Origin: a virus | Virus record (IMG/VR): IMGVR_UViG_3300007505_000307 | Direction: 5' to 3' (one strand) | Length of the DNA stretch: 5,136 nucleotides | Shown: positions 4,391-5,136 of the stretch, one piece after another | How positions within the stretch are numbered: position 1 is the stretch's first letter | Layout of the letters: each line of letters opens with the position of its first letter | Made by a program: the position numbers and the translations under genes | The notes under the pieces: model-generated | The model's database searches: none | Seen by the model: only the letters and a program-made list of their open reading frames with translations | Told to the model about the DNA's origin: nothing

Positions 4391-5136
4391 TAAACAACTA
4401 AAACAAAAACAAAAATGAAAACTCAAAAAGGACGTGAAATCTATGACGATTTCGTAAAGTCAAAACAACATGAATCTGTTCCTGTGGAACCAGATATCTC
4501 TCCGCGACAACTGTCGCTATTCCCTCGTATTCGTTCAACTCGGCGCTTTGCGCTCGAGAAAAAAGACGTAGAAAATGGAGGTGGTATCTCTCTCACTGTA
4601 CCCGATGATGCTTATACTATTCGGGAACTCTTGGAAAAATTTACCAATGGTGTTGACCCTTCGGTATCAAAAACACCTATCTATCCTGAAAATGATGCTG
4701 ACTTCGATGACGCTGATCTCGAGGAAGTAAACCGTATGGACATTCAGGAACGCGATGAATATCGCAACTCTATCTCTGAAAAAATCAACTCTCTCAACTC
4801 TAACCTAAAATCTCAACGCACGGAACGTGCAAAAAAGGAGAAAGAACGGAAGAACCTTGGTGCGTCCGAAAATCAAAACAAAAATGATGACTCGTCATCA
4901 AAAAAAATAATCAAATCTTATAAGTATGAAAATGATGATGCCCGGCCCGGGCCGGACCGATTGCCCAAACCTGAGCCCGTAGAACGTTCGAGAAGGAGGA
5001 GCGAAGCGGACGACGCCGAGAACGAATGAAGGGCGCTGAGGGCAAATTTGGGCCGGCCCGAGGCCGACCATAGCTCACTCGTTGAGGTATGAAAAAGCAC
5101 TATACTATCTTGATATATTAGTGCTAAGTGACACCT
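4391..5136. repeat. Right copy of the exact 746-bp terminal direct repeat (identical to 1-746)
   Basis: Identical to 1-746 at a 4390-nt offset. The copy stops arbitrarily at the window end in the intergenic region upstream of VP2. Confidence 0.97.
4415..5029 (+). CDS. Second written copy of the 204-aa charged/scaffold-like gene (same gene as 25-639, not a paralogue)
   Basis: Nucleotide-identical to 25-639 and lies wholly within the terminal redundancy. Confidence 0.8.
   Translation: MKTQKGREIYDDFVKSKQHESVPVEPDISPRQLSLFPRIRSTRRFALEKKDVENGGGISLTVPDDAYTIRELLEKFTNGVDPSVSKTPIYPENDADFDDADLEEVNRMDIQERDEYRNSISEKINSLNSNLKSQRTERAKKEKERKNLGASENQNKNDDSSSKKIIKSYKYENDDARPGPDRLPKPEPVERSRRRSEADDAENE

Noticed and set aside
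4415-5029. Apparent second copy (paralogue) of the 204-aa gene
   Set aside because: It lies entirely within the exact 746-bp terminal redundancy, so it is the same gene written twice by linearising a circle, not a duplication.
1-5136. Search for tRNA, rRNA, CRISPR arrays, integrase/transposase or IS-type inverted terminal repeats
   Set aside because: No short repeat-spacer periodicity, no cloverleaf-like segments and no recombinase motifs were seen. The only long repeat is the circular-closure redundancy.

Overview
The window is one complete circular genome of a small ssDNA phage of the family Microviridae, written out linearly for about 1.17 genome lengths. It has a gokushovirus-like VP1/VP2/VP4 architecture with no phiX-type spike or external scaffold genes. 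Bases 1-746 recur exactly at 4391-5136, so the unique unit is 4390 nt. All supportable genes lie on the + strand and are tightly packed. In order they are a 204-aa highly charged protein with a scaffold-like motif (25-639, repeated at 4415-5029), the DNA pilot/minor capsid protein VP2 (798-1730, or from GTG 738), a 42-aa arginine-rich J/VP5-like DNA-binding protein (1776-1904), the HUH rolling-circle replication initiator VP4 (1908-2726) and the major capsid protein VP1 (2726-4288). VP4 and VP1 share a TAATG stop/start overlap. I found no tRNA, rRNA, CRISPR array, integrase or transposase, and no convincing sigma70 promoter or canonical terminator. Several things deserve a second look. (a) A 42-codon ORF encoding one transmembrane helix is overprinted in the +1 frame on the arginine-rich gene and ends in an ATGA overlap with the VP4 start, making it a candidate lysis peptide in a genome with no recognisable lysis gene. 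(b) A phiX174-origin-like CTTGATAT...TA motif sits in the main intergenic region. (c) Just upstream of that motif is a GC-rich island with two perfect GC-only palindromes. (d) A roughly 20-bp hairpin lies directly downstream of the capsid gene. (e) Every start codon has an A-rich leader with no Shine-Dalgarno sequence, and three of them have a TTAAAC box. Every functional assignment rests on motif recognition by eye; no database search was run.
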